IMG/VR virus record: IMGVR_UViG_3300035670_000024
Length of the DNA: 64,000 bases
DNA from: a virus
Reading direction: 5' to 3' (one strand)
Both the position numbers and the translations under genes were made by a program. The notes under the pieces were generated by a model. The model searched no databases. It was not told the DNA's origin and saw only the letters and a list, made by a program, of their open reading frames with translations. Shown one piece after another: positions 10,378-18,946 of this stretch (its first letter is position 1; every line of letters starts with the position of its first letter).

Positions 10378-10664
10378 AATACTAATCTTGCTTTAGAAGT
10401 TTTTTTAAGAAAGTTAAGTTCCATTGCTTCATATTTTATTTTCTCTTTCAAAGGTTTTGAAAGAAGTTTCGGAACTGATTCCAAATCAATTTTGTTCATC
10501 TCACAAAAGGCAATGACAGCATCAATATAAGAAATGCCTTCTTCCAATACAAGTTTCTCAATTTCCTGAGCAAATCTTGATGGACAGAAAAACTTCTCTT
10601 CTAATATTTTTTCTAATTCTCCAGTTATATCGGGATTCATTAATTGAATGAGAGTAAGAGACAC
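10374..10664 (-). CDS. gp33: Late transcription co-activator gp33
   Basis: YIDAVIAFCE.N.ID.ESV.KL.SKPLKEKIKYEA.ELNFL. Confidence 0.85.
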   Translation of the reverse strand: MSLTLIQLMNPDITGELEKILEEKFFCPSRFAQEIEKLVLEEGISYIDAVIAFCEMNKIDLESVPKLLSKPLKEKIKYEAMELNFLKKTSKARLVF

Positions 10665-10708
10665 AATAATTAAATTACCAAGATTATATGATTATAGGAG
10701 TTTAGTCC

Positions 10709-11374
10709 TCAAATGTCAAGCAATTTATCGTTTACAAATTTTCTAATATACTGAACTACAAGTTTCATATATTTCTTTAGATCTCGTTCTTCATAAACGA
10801 CACATTCACCATTTTCGCAAGTCATGATAATTACAAGTTTCTTAATTTCAATACCAGTCATCTCATAAAGTGCCATTCCGTAAAACATGGCTTGAACAAA
10901 ATATCCTTCAATCCATTCTCTGGGTTTTGGTTCTTTTGAAGTTTTATAGTCTATGACTGAAAGTTCTTGATCAAAATCTGCAATGGTATCTACAGACCCT
11001 GCAACACCCAATACTTCACTATACAGAGAAGTTTCAAGGCAGTGAATATTATTTATACGATCAAGAGTTGACTTCGCTATTTTAAATAAATGCTCGGAGA
11101 TTGGTTGAACTGTTGGAAGTTCTTGATTTAACAAATAGTTTTCAATAAGAGTATGAGTATCAGTTCCACGACTGGTTGCTCTTTTGGTGATTCTATTTGC
11201 TTCCTCTTCACCAACTTTTTCACGCCACTTAGAAAACTTTTCTTTATTATAGTGACTAATGACAGAAGTAATTGCAACTAGTTTTTTATTTTTTCCGTTA
11301 ATTGTGTAATAACGAATTCCATCTATACTTTCCCTTTTAAGTTCTGGGAGATTCAAATCAATATGTGTGAACAT
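10709..11374 (-). CDS. PD-(D/E)XK exonuclease (Cas4/RecB-like)
   Basis: RGTDTH, AGSVD, VIDYKTS, YFVQ..Y motifs. Confidence 0.85.
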   Translation of the reverse strand: MFTHIDLNLPELKRESIDGIRYYTINGKNKKLVAITSVISHYNKEKFSKWREKVGEEEANRITKRATSRGTDTHTLIENYLLNQELPTVQPISEHLFKIAKSTLDRINNIHCLETSLYSEVLGVAGSVDTIADFDQELSVIDYKTSKEPKPREWIEGYFVQAMFYGMALYEMTGIEIKKLVIIMTCENGECVVYEERDLKKYMKLVVQYIRKFVNDKLLDI

Positions 11375-12139
11375 TTATATTGTAATATTTAAGGTGTGCT
11401 TTGCAATAAGATACTCTTTAACCAATCCACTACGGCATACATCTTCAATACCAAATTCAATAAAATCAAATGATGGCATGATTTGAAGAATTTTTATAAA
11501 ATCATGAATTCCATTTCTTTCATTTTGGCGAACCAAATCACTCTGAGAAGCATCGCCACAAAACATAATCTTACAGTTTTCGCCAACACGAGTAATGATT
11601 GAATCTTGCTCATGTCCATTCATATTCTGAAATTCATCCACAATAAGAATACAATTATCAAAAGTCGTACCTCTTAAGAAAGAAGAAGACCAAAAACTTA
11701 TGGTTCCTTGAGTTTTTAGATTGCCATAGAGCATTTCAAAGTCTTCTTCGGATGGAAGTTGGAACATATACTTTACCATATTTTTATATGGTATTTCAAA
11801 AAGAGCACTCTTGTCTTCATGTCCTCCAGGGAGAAATCCTATTTCTCTTGTTTGAACTAAAGAACGAATAATATAAATTTTTTCATATGGAGTTCTTTGA
11901 TCAAGAACATCTCTTAGAGCATTATAAAGAACAATAAAGGTTTTACCTGTTCCAGCTGCACCATAGGCAACTATATTTTTTCCTTCATCATAAGATTCAA
12001 AAAGTTTTGTCTGATTATCTGTAAGAGGATCAATATTTAAAAGTAAATCTGAATTGATTGGTTTTCTGCGTTTTAGTTGTCTAGCAGTTAATCCTACTCC
12101 AATTGGATTGTCTTGTGGTGCTCTTCTTTTTCTTGCCAT
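11375..12139 (-). CDS. phoH: PhoH-like ATPase
   Basis: GAAGTGKT; IGFLPG; FLRGTTF; VDEFQN; CGDASQSDL. Confidence 0.95.
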   Translation of the reverse strand: MARKRRAPQDNPIGVGLTARQLKRRKPINSDLLLNIDPLTDNQTKLFESYDEGKNIVAYGAAGTGKTFIVLYNALRDVLDQRTPYEKIYIIRSLVQTREIGFLPGGHEDKSALFEIPYKNMVKYMFQLPSEEDFEMLYGNLKTQGTISFWSSSFLRGTTFDNCILIVDEFQNMNGHEQDSIITRVGENCKIMFCGDASQSDLVRQNERNGIHDFIKILQIMPSFDFIEFGIEDVCRSGLVKEYLIAKHTLNITI

Positions 12140-12145
12140 ATAAAA

Positions 12146-12394
12146 TTAAATAGGTTTTACTCTTGATCCTGGTGCTTTGGATGCTTTATAAAGAATATCA
12201 TTCCATCCAGGATTTTTCTTAACAAGTTTATCTTTCCACTCACCAACTTCTGCTGAGGATGGGCAAGTAGAAGGATCAGACCAATCTCTATCCCACTCAG
12301 AATTATCCTTTTTCCATTGATCCCATTCGTGAACACTCATTGTAACTTCTTTCTGTTCACCAGTGATCTTATTAATTACTGGATATGTGGCCAA
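12146..12394 (-). CDS. Conserved cyanophage hypothetical protein
   Basis: ATYPVINKITGEQKEVTMSVHEW; typical neighbour of phoH. Confidence 0.6.
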   Translation of the reverse strand: MATYPVINKITGEQKEVTMSVHEWDQWKKDNSEWDRDWSDPSTCPSSAEVGEWKDKLVKKNPGWNDILYKASKAPGSRVKPI

Positions 12395-12422
12395 AATTAA
12401 ACCTCCATGAAATATAAGGTAT

Positions 12423-12581
12423 TTATTCTAGAGTTATACTTGGAGCATCATCACATTCTACACAATCAATACATTCATCCAAGTCTGGATTTCTTTTCAA
12501 AAAGTCTTGAAATTCATCCTCTGTCAAAAGAATTTTAAAGACATGACCAGTCAAATGATCTTTTATGCAATATGATTTCAT
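12423..12581 (-). CDS. Small hypothetical protein (52 aa, not in ORF track)
   Basis: ATG..TAA frame MKSYCIKDHLTGHVFKILLTEDEFQDFLKRNPDLDECIDCVECDDAPSITLE fills the gap. Confidence 0.55.
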   Translation of the reverse strand: MKSYCIKDHLTGHVFKILLTEDEFQDFLKRNPDLDECIDCVECDDAPSITLE

Positions 12582-12586
12582 AAAAA

Positions 12587-13339
12587 TTATGGAGATAACC
12601 TAGCTTTATGTAGTCTCTTCTCCTCATAATACTTCCAAATATGAGGTGCCCACTTTTCAAGATGAGGAACAAATTGTTCGCAAAGTGCTTGAATTTCTAG
12701 TTGGGCATCCATCTTTGCTCGCAAATCCATAATATGGAGGACAGAACGCAGATTAAAAGAAACCACAAAGTTCTGACGAATTGCTTGTGCAAGATAATCC
12801 CTAATGTGTTCTTCACACATTCCTTTTTCGTATTTTGCTGCATAACGCTTACAACCTTCGTAAATGAAATCTAGTTCATCCTGATAGTCGCCAAGTGTCC
12901 ATTCATACTTCTTACCATAACGATTGGTATAGAAACCTGGAGGACGAACATAGAATACATCCTCGGGGTTAAGTTCTCCACTTGCAACCTTTACGACACG
13001 CTTACCAGTATATCGTTGAGATTGAACATCAAAGGAAACACCAACACGATGAGTTCGTGCTTGCATCGCTACATTATGGACATACCCTGAAACGGAAAAT
13101 GTGATGCCTGGATGCTCTAGTGGGCCCCAATGCCCCTTCTCGTTGCTCAGGAGACGCTCTACGACCCACTCACCACACTTAGAGGGTGTTGGAATCTCTT
13201 GCTCATGGATGGGGGTTTCTGAGTAGTCGCATTTTGCTGCCTGGTAAATGACTTGCTCCGGAACAGCATAACACTGCAGAACTTGAACCTGCAGGTTTTT
13301 ATCAAATTCTAGAAGGTCTTTTGCTTTAATAGGTTTCAT
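12587..13339 (-). CDS. thyX: Flavin-dependent thymidylate synthase
   Basis: GHWGPLEH; QARTHRVGVSFDVQSQRY (RHRx7S-like); NLRS..H..DLR...AQLEI. Confidence 0.9.
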   Translation of the reverse strand: MKPIKAKDLLEFDKNLQVQVLQCYAVPEQVIYQAAKCDYSETPIHEQEIPTPSKCGEWVVERLLSNEKGHWGPLEHPGITFSVSGYVHNVAMQARTHRVGVSFDVQSQRYTGKRVVKVASGELNPEDVFYVRPPGFYTNRYGKKYEWTLGDYQDELDFIYEGCKRYAAKYEKGMCEEHIRDYLAQAIRQNFVVSFNLRSVLHIMDLRAKMDAQLEIQALCEQFVPHLEKWAPHIWKYYEEKRLHKARLSP

Positions 13340-13566
13340 TCAGTTTCAATCTCCCAAGTTTCTTTTTCTTGTTTACGAAGTTTTTTAAGTTCTTTATACA
13401 TATCTTTTATCTGCTGATATGCTTCTTCTGGTGAAATTTTATCTGCAATTTCAAGACCAGCAATCAGAGCACACTTATCTCCAAATCTAGCAAGTGCTCT
13501 TTCATAAGGAGTTAAATTTTCATACATCGTTTTCCTCCTCGGAATAATATTCATCAACATCATCAT
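13336..13566 (-). CDS. Hypothetical protein (start probably MYENLTP)
   Basis: Co-oriented ORF coupled to thyX. Confidence 0.55.
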   Translation of the reverse strand: MMMLMNIIPRRKTMYENLTPYERALARFGDKCALIAGLEIADKISPEEAYQQIKDMYKELKKLRKQEKETWEIETE

Positions 13567-13690
13567 CTATATATGGAAATGCACTTACATAGTCAGATTG
13601 AGATTCGGGAATATCTTGAACTTCTTGCTTCAAAGCATCAAGTAAAAGTTCCATATTTCGCACAATCAGTTTTACTTTTTCTCTGTCCAT
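13520..13690 (-). CDS. Hypothetical protein (MDREKVKLIVRNMELL...)
   Basis: ORF behind a TTGACA-17-TAGAAT promoter; start refined from the ORF track. Confidence 0.55.
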   Translation of the reverse strand: MDREKVKLIVRNMELLLDALKQEVQDIPESQSDYVSAFPYIDDDVDEYYSEEENDV

Positions 13691-13737
13691 TTTGTTTTGA
13701 TTGTCTCCCAACATTCTACACAAAAAAAGAGGGAGTG

Positions 13738-13890
13738 TCAATCCTCCCTCTCAACTTTAAAGATTTTCTCAAACCACTCCGTCAAGTGTATTCCATAACA
13801 GTGCCAATACTTATGACCACGATAGGTTAAAAGATAGCAGGCAGGTTTTCTGTCGTCTGGGTCTTTTTCGTGATAATAGTCCTCAATCAC
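13738..13890 (-). CDS. Small protein with DUF4278-type LTYRG motif (50 aa, not in ORF track)
   Basis: GTG start overlaps the upstream TGA (GTGA); MIEDYYHEKDPDDRKPACYLLTYRGHKYWHCYGIHLTEWFEKIFKVERED. Confidence 0.55.
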   Translation of the reverse strand: MIEDYYHEKDPDDRKPACYLLTYRGHKYWHCYGIHLTEWFEKIFKVERED

Positions 13891-13988
13891 GCGACTTGTG
13901 GCTTTTTTGCCATATTAAGTTCGGCATTATGAAGTTTTGCTTTTCTTTTGACCTTATTTTTTAGATATTGAACGAAAGCGATTTTCAT
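13887..13988 (-). CDS. Riboswitch-controlled basic peptide (33 aa, not in ORF track)
   Basis: AAGGAG RBS then MKIAFVQYLKNKVKRKAKLHNAELNMAKKPQVA. Confidence 0.7.
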   Translation of the reverse strand: MKIAFVQYLKNKVKRKAKLHNAELNMAKKPQVA

Positions 13989-14017
13989 AGGTCTGCTCCT
14001 TTACTTATGGGTATAGG

Positions 14018-14080
14018 TGCGTTCCTTCGGTTTCCCTACTTCCGTCTCTATTTGCTATTCGCAAATAGCAGATGAACGAT
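14018..14080 (-). ncRNA. Glutamine riboswitch (glnA RNA motif)
   Basis: ATCGTTCATC-[hairpin]-GACGGAAGTAGG-GAAA-CCGAAGGAACGC matches the glnA-motif three-way junction with E-loop. Confidence 0.85.
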
Positions 14081-14123
14081 AAGAGTACCATAACACTCTT
14101 ATTCTAGTTAGTCAAGTATTTTT

Positions 14124-14137
14124 GTAACATTTGTTAC
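14124..14137. promoter_or_regulatory. NtcA-binding box next to a sigma70-type promoter (TTGACT-17-TATGGT, 14087..14115, minus)
   Basis: tGTA-ACATTTGT-TACa is a perfect GTA-N8-TAC palindrome with the extended T/A flanks. Confidence 0.7.
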
Positions 14138-14139
14138 AA

Positions 14140-14466
14140 TTATCTTTCAATGTAACTCATAGTATGACTCTGAGCATATAATTGCTCAATAATGATGTCA
14201 CACCCAATCTTTGGATTGCAATCTCCACAGGTATAAACATCACATGCAGCTTTGCCTTCTTCCGGCCAAGTATGAATACTAATATGACTTTCTGAGAGTA
14301 AGCACAATACCGTGACTCCTTGTGGATCAAACTTCTTGTAAATTGTTTGACACACTGTTGCCCCACTAGCAGATGCAGCGTTTTCTAGTAGGTCAATAAG
14401 AAAATGCTCATCGTTCAAAAGAACGAATGAGCATCCATAGAGATTTAATAAAAAGTGCTTACCCAT
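14140..14466 (-). CDS. speD: S-adenosylmethionine decarboxylase proenzyme
   Basis: FDPQGVT...LSESHISIHTWPE...CDVYTCG. Confidence 0.92.
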   Translation of the reverse strand: MGKHFLLNLYGCSFVLLNDEHFLIDLLENAASASGATVCQTIYKKFDPQGVTVLCLLSESHISIHTWPEEGKAACDVYTCGDCNPKIGCDIIIEQLYAQSHTMSYIER

Positions 14467-14655
14467 TTATTCAATTGGATTATCGTAGTATTCGCTTAAA
14501 AGTTCCGACACAACTTTTTCGGTTCCATCAATCTTTTTTACTTGATATAATGGAGATTTCATATATTTTTTTATTTTCTTGTATTGTTTAAGTAGTTTAT
14601 CAACTTCACTTTGATCAATTTCTACTTTAATTTTGTTGTTAAAACCTTCACTCAT
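14467..14655 (-). CDS. Hypothetical protein
   Basis: Co-oriented, abutting ORF. Confidence 0.55.
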   Translation of the reverse strand: MSEGFNNKIKVEIDQSEVDKLLKQYKKIKKYMKSPLYQVKKIDGTEKVVSELLSEYYDNPIE

Positions 14656-14999
14656 TTTTTCTTTTTACCTTCAGACTTTTTAGCATTTCCCCATAGTCTG
14701 GGATTTGTTTTTCCATATCCCCAATCTATTTTTTGAACAGATCCAGGGCCAAATTTATCATAATACATATCAAATATATTCACTCTTCTACCTCTACATA
14801 AATCCATAAAGGTCTCATTATTTACACGATACACAACAATATATGCATCTGAAGGTAAAGAAGGATCTTTAATCTGTTGCAGAGTAGTTCTTTCAAATAG
14901 AAGTTCACATCCGTATTGTGATGGTACTTCTTTTTTCTCTTCTGGAGTCCATTGTGCCATTTCTTTCTCCGCAACTTGGGTCATGAACGACCTCCCCAA
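14652..14999 (-). CDS. Conserved cyanophage hypothetical protein
   Basis: IFDMYYDKFG...IDWGYGKTNPRLWG. Confidence 0.6.
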   Translation of the reverse strand: MGRSFMTQVAEKEMAQWTPEEKKEVPSQYGCELLFERTTLQQIKDPSLPSDAYIVVYRVNNETFMDLCRGRRVNIFDMYYDKFGPGSVQKIDWGYGKTNPRLWGNAKKSEGKKKK

Positions 15000-15556
15000 C
15001 GAATGTCGGGATATGCTTCTTTAACAATATCCCAACTTATTTTATATTTATCAGTAAGTTTTTTATCTTTTACAAGACAAACAAGATCTGCTTCAAGAGG
15101 ATGAAGACCTTGTAACATATTGATAAAAATAGTTTCCTTACGAATTTGAGACAATTCGTTATTCCCACCTTTCACAAAAAGATAAAAATTCTTATATTCA
15201 TTACGAAGTGAAGTATGCTGTTTGTTCATTACCTCATCGGTTCCAGCATAAGCACCACTTCTTAAATTAGTATTCTTTGATTTACTATCAATTAGATCAG
15301 TAAGATTTCCCCCTACAGATGATTGATCATTTGGATCCGCATAAGGAACTGGCCCTGGAGGAAGAATACTAACTACACTTTCATCAAAATTCCAAATTAA
15401 AAGACTCACAAGAGCATCATTACGATAATCTTTAAGTACTTCTACTTTTTTGGCATTACTTCTTTGTTTTGAAGCCAATTCCAAAATTTCATATTGAAAG
15501 GGATTTGGTTGAAGTTTTGGAATTGGTCTTTCCGTCTTTGTTTTTGTTACAGTCAT
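14981..15556 (-). CDS. Conserved T4-like phage protein (DUF6433-like)
   Basis: LIWNFD...LPPGPVPY; KETIFINMLQGLHPLEA. Confidence 0.7.
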   Translation of the reverse strand: MTVTKTKTERPIPKLQPNPFQYEILELASKQRSNAKKVEVLKDYRNDALVSLLIWNFDESVVSILPPGPVPYADPNDQSSVGGNLTDLIDSKSKNTNLRSGAYAGTDEVMNKQHTSLRNEYKNFYLFVKGGNNELSQIRKETIFINMLQGLHPLEADLVCLVKDKKLTDKYKISWDIVKEAYPDIRWGGRS

Positions 15557-15603
15557 AATTATTCAATGAGTTAATTCTATTATAGTACAATTCGGATTAT
15601 TTA

Positions 15604-15840
15604 TCAATCATCTTCAACTTCTTCCTCCTCATCATCAAAAAATCCTTCTTCAAATCTAACTGCTAAGACTTCATCAGGAACTAAATTTCCGTTTCCATCA
15701 AAAAATTCTGGATGTATATTACGAATTCCATATATTCGTTCAATTTGATATTGTTTAAATATCCACCCCCCAATCAGTCCTATGAAAAGAAACATTACAC
15801 AAAAAAGTGTAGTAAATGTGAGAATGATTGATAGTTCCAT
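15604..15840 (-). CDS. Small membrane protein (DUF2973-like)
   Basis: N-terminal TM helix then HPEFFD.NG. Confidence 0.6.
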   Translation of the reverse strand: MELSIILTFTTLFCVMFLFIGLIGGWIFKQYQIERIYGIRNIHPEFFDGNGNLVPDEVLAVRFEEGFFDDEEEEVEDD

Positions 15841-15857
15841 TTATTTTCTCCAGAGAG

Positions 15858-16094
15858 TTACTTTTTTTTCATATTAAAACAAAAATCAATTTGAAAATGC
15901 ATCTCCCTTTGAAAGAGAGATATCATCTTACCAAAATGAACTTGAAACGATTTTGGTTCCGATTGATTCTCCCTCCTATCATGTCTTAACATTAACTCAA
16001 AACCTCGGTTAATTTGGAGGTCTTGAGAATTATTTAGTTTTGCTTTTTCGCCTTCCTTTTCTTTTGTCATAATTATACTTTTCAGCATCTTCAA
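15858..16094 (-). CDS. Hypothetical protein
   Basis: Co-oriented ORF; start uncertain. Confidence 0.45.
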   Translation of the reverse strand: MKMLKSIIMTKEKEGEKAKLNNSQDLQINRGFELMLRHDRRENQSEPKSFQVHFGKMISLFQREMHFQIDFCFNMKKK

Positions 16095-16389
16095 TAATTG
16101 TACTCAGATAATTTCGTATTTTTCTTGCTTGAGGTTTTGAAAGATGCCCATATGCTTCACGAAGTTGTTTGTGTTGATTATCAGCACCTCCTGCAATATA
16201 TTCATCCAGATCTATTATAATTTCATTAATGTTGTTTATGATTTTACTTTGTAAAAATTGCTCTACTTCTTTTTTTATAGTCCCCTTAACTTTTAAATAC
16301 TCATAAAATTTAAGCACAAATTTACCTTGAAAGGCATAGTCAATTGCCTTTTCTACATCATAATAAACTTCATTAAATGTTGTTTCCAT
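16030..16389 (-). CDS. Conserved cyanophage hypothetical protein
   Basis: HKQLREAYGHLSKPQARKIRNYL. Confidence 0.65.
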   Translation of the reverse strand: METTFNEVYYDVEKAIDYAFQGKFVLKFYEYLKVKGTIKKEVEQFLQSKIINNINEIIIDLDEYIAGGADNQHKQLREAYGHLSKPQARKIRNYLSTIIEDAEKYNYDKRKGRRKSKTK

Positions 16390-16629
16390 TTAAATAACAT
16401 TATTTTCTTGAAGGTATTTAACTGTGTCAGTACATCCACCAAGATGCTCGGTATCATTCATCACAACTTGAGGAAAAGTAGATCCTACTCCAAATTCTGC
16501 ATAGAACTCTTCACGAGTAAAATCTTCATCTAACTTATATACAATATGTTCTAAGTTTGAAAGATTAAGAACTTGTTCAATTTTAGAACAAAATGGGCAT
16601 CCATGTTTTGAATAAACTGTAAATTTCAT
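16390..16629 (-). CDS. Glutaredoxin (NrdC/NrdH-like)
   Basis: CPFC active site; TFPQV; LGGCTD. Confidence 0.9.
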   Translation of the reverse strand: MKFTVYSKHGCPFCSKIEQVLNLSNLEHIVYKLDEDFTREEFYAEFGVGSTFPQVVMNDTEHLGGCTDTVKYLQENNVI

Positions 16630-16985
16630 ATTTTTCTTGGTCGGTAAACTACTAATTCTTTTTCAGAGATTTGCTTTTGCCATTCAATGATATCACTTAA
16701 TCGTTCAGTTGTAAAGAAGTCTTGTTTTAAATACCAATCATGCCATTTTTCATGACCTTTTGATTGATTGCAAGAATGACAAGCACACAGTACATTTGTG
16801 ATTCTATCAGTTCCACCTTTAGATCTTGGTGTTATATGATCCAAGGTTAGATTTTCAGTAGATCCGCAATATGCACATTCTCCCCAGTGATCTTTAATTG
16901 ATTTTCTCCATTTTCGCTTTGCCTCACTAGAAGAAAATGTTTCAAGGTTAAACATACACTCTTCTGGAGTTGCGTATAGAGGCAT
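16626..16985 (-). CDS. HNH endonuclease
   Basis: CAYCG...TLDHITPRSKGG....NVLCACHSCNQSKG. Confidence 0.85.
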   Translation of the reverse strand: MPLYATPEECMFNLETFSSSEAKRKWRKSIKDHWGECAYCGSTENLTLDHITPRSKGGTDRITNVLCACHSCNQSKGHEKWHDWYLKQDFFTTERLSDIIEWQKQISEKELVVYRPRKI

Positions 16986-17205
16986 ATGAAAAATGCGATT
17001 TTAATTATTTAGAATTTAGAATTATTTTTATAGTTTCCTTAAGTGTTATGTAAATATAAGAAAACTGTTCATAATAAGTGGTTCTGTATTTGCTCATAGT
17101 AACACAACTAAAGGAACTAAAAGTGTAAGAATTCCTATTATAAATCCCCCTACCTCATTCAGTAGGGGGCGCATACTATTAGGTTCCATAAAATATAATT
17201 TTATA

Positions 17206-17508
17206 TTATATATTCACAGGTTTCCCTTGACCTTGAGGAAGTGCTTTCTTATTTGGTCGGGGATTAAGACTTTCATTCTTAATCACAATAAACTTATCTT
17301 TATTTAAAGTTCCAGCAACCTGAACTTCAAAAGTATCATCGCCAGTCCATCCAAGGTCTTTCATAATCTGAAAAACATCTTTCATCACATAATTGTATTT
17401 GGTTTCTTCCTTTGAAGTTCGCATAAGGTCTTGAACTAATGACTTATGCAAATCATCAATATTCCTTTCGCCAGACCTATAAGGGTTTCCGTAAGTTTCT
17501 TTAGTCAT
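17206..17508 (-). CDS. Hypothetical protein
   Basis: 100-aa ORF following a terminator. Confidence 0.55.
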   Translation of the reverse strand: MTKETYGNPYRSGERNIDDLHKSLVQDLMRTSKEETKYNYVMKDVFQIMKDLGWTGDDTFEVQVAGTLNKDKFIVIKNESLNPRPNKKALPQGQGKPVNI

Positions 17509-17557
17509 AAAAAATGAGAGGTTTGTCCTCTCATTTTAACAGATTTGTTAAGGAAAA

Positions 17558-18916
17558 TCAACCAGCATCATCATAGGAAAAATCATCATCATAACCAATT
17601 CCGTATTCAGGAATTTCTGGAAATTCAGTCATTAATTCTTGAGGAATTTCATCAAAAGTAACATCGTCATCAAAGTTGTAAATATCTAAAGTAGGAGTTA
17701 CAGGATTTTCTTCTAAAAATCTACTCACAAGTTCATCATAATTTCCAGATGGAGTTTCATCATTTTCAGCGTTGTTATTTGGTCTTGAACCACCTGGAGC
17801 ATCGTCATCTCCATTTCCCCATCCATTATCTCTTTGTGAATTTTGTCCCTGACCTCTTCCATCATCACTATCATTTTCATCATCAGAATTTTGGTTTCCG
17901 TTAGCATTTGATGGCCCATTTCCTTTAAATCCCGGTTGCTCTCCAATATCATCTTCACCACCTTCCATAGGTCCAGAACCAGGAGTTTTATCTCCATTAT
18001 TTCCAGAATTTCCAGTAATACCATCAAAAGGTGAGTTTCCTACATCCTTATTGTTTCCTGGATTTTGACCTGATGGGTCTTCAGGTTCCTCAGGGTCTTC
18101 AGGTTCCTCAGGGTCTTCAGGTTCCTCAGGGTCTTCTGGGTCTTCAGGTTCTGGAGGAGCAGGAGGTTCTGGTTCCTCAGGGTCTTCTGGGTCTTCAGGT
18201 TCTGGAGGAGCAGGAGGTTCTGGTTCCTCAGGATCTTCAGGATCTGGTTCCTCAGGATCTTCAGGATCTTCTGGATCTTCAGGATCTGGTTCCTCAGGAT
18301 CTTCAGGATCTTCTGGATCTTCAGGATCTGGTTCCTCAGGATCTTCAGGATCTTCTGGATCTTCAGGATCTTCAGGATCTTCTGGATCTTCAGGAGCAGG
18401 AGGTTCTACAGGTGGTTCCTCAGGATCTTCAGGAGCAGGAGGTTCTACTGGTGGAGTAGGGGGAGTTGGTGCTGGTTCTTCAGGAACTTCATCTACAACT
18501 TCTTCATTCGGTTCCTGACTATCCACAGGATTATCGTTAGTATTATCAGGAATAGAACCAACATTAGATAGAGTTTGAACCCTAACATTTGGAGTTTCTG
18601 CTAGTGGAATTAATTCTAGTTCTTGAGAATTATCTTCTACTCCTTCTTCCTCAGGAGCAATTAAAAAGTCTCCAGTTCCACCATAAGTTTCAAGAGGTAA
18701 ATCTGAAACTTGTCTGGTAGGAACTGGAGAAGTTGCGGAAACTTCACCAATATTATTAGGATTAACTTCTAGTGTAGGTGTATTATCTTCGGCACCTCCC
18801 ACAGGAGTATAACCTTCAAGATTTCGTAGTGCTGCGTTTGGATCGTGCTCTACAGCATCTTGTGATTGTAGAACATTCTTTTGCGTTTCTTCAAGAAATA
18901 GATTTTCTTCCATCAT
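17558..18916 (-). CDS. Highly acidic Pro/Glu/Asp-repeat protein
   Basis: GGAG RBS; long (PED/PEE)n tract; Gly/Asn-rich C-terminal motifs. Confidence 0.75.
   Translation of the reverse strand: MMEENLFLEETQKNVLQSQDAVEHDPNAALRNLEGYTPVGGAEDNTPTLEVNPNNIGEVSATSPVPTRQVSDLPLETYGGTGDFLIAPEEEGVEDNSQELELIPLAETPNVRVQTLSNVGSIPDNTNDNPVDSQEPNEEVVDEVPEEPAPTPPTPPVEPPAPEDPEEPPVEPPAPEDPEDPEDPEDPEDPEDPEEPDPEDPEDPEDPEEPDPEDPEDPEDPEEPDPEDPEEPEPPAPPEPEDPEDPEEPEPPAPPEPEDPEDPEEPEDPEEPEDPEEPEDPSGQNPGNNKDVGNSPFDGITGNSGNNGDKTPGSGPMEGGEDDIGEQPGFKGNGPSNANGNQNSDDENDSDDGRGQGQNSQRDNGWGNGDDDAPGGSRPNNNAENDETPSGNYDELVSRFLEENPVTPTLDIYNFDDDVTFDEIPQELMTEFPEIPEYGIGYDDDFSYDDAG
18075..18480. repeat. Intragenic tandem repeats built on a 9-nt unit (tcttcagga/tcttctggg) with higher-order ~33- and ~39-nt units
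   Basis: Directly visible; encodes PEDPED/PEEPEPPAP repeats. Confidence 0.9.
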
Positions 18917-18946
18917 CTAATACTCCAAAATGGGGACATTGATTAT

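Noticed and set aside
10709-11374. Cas4-like nuclease as sign of a CRISPR system
   Set aside because: Standard T4-like cyanophage exonuclease next to phoH; no array or other cas genes in the window.
18031-18459. 142-aa plus-strand repeat ORF, and the repeat tract as a possible CRISPR array
   Set aside because: Antisense shadow of the PED repeats. The repeats are contiguous codon-phase units with no unique spacers.
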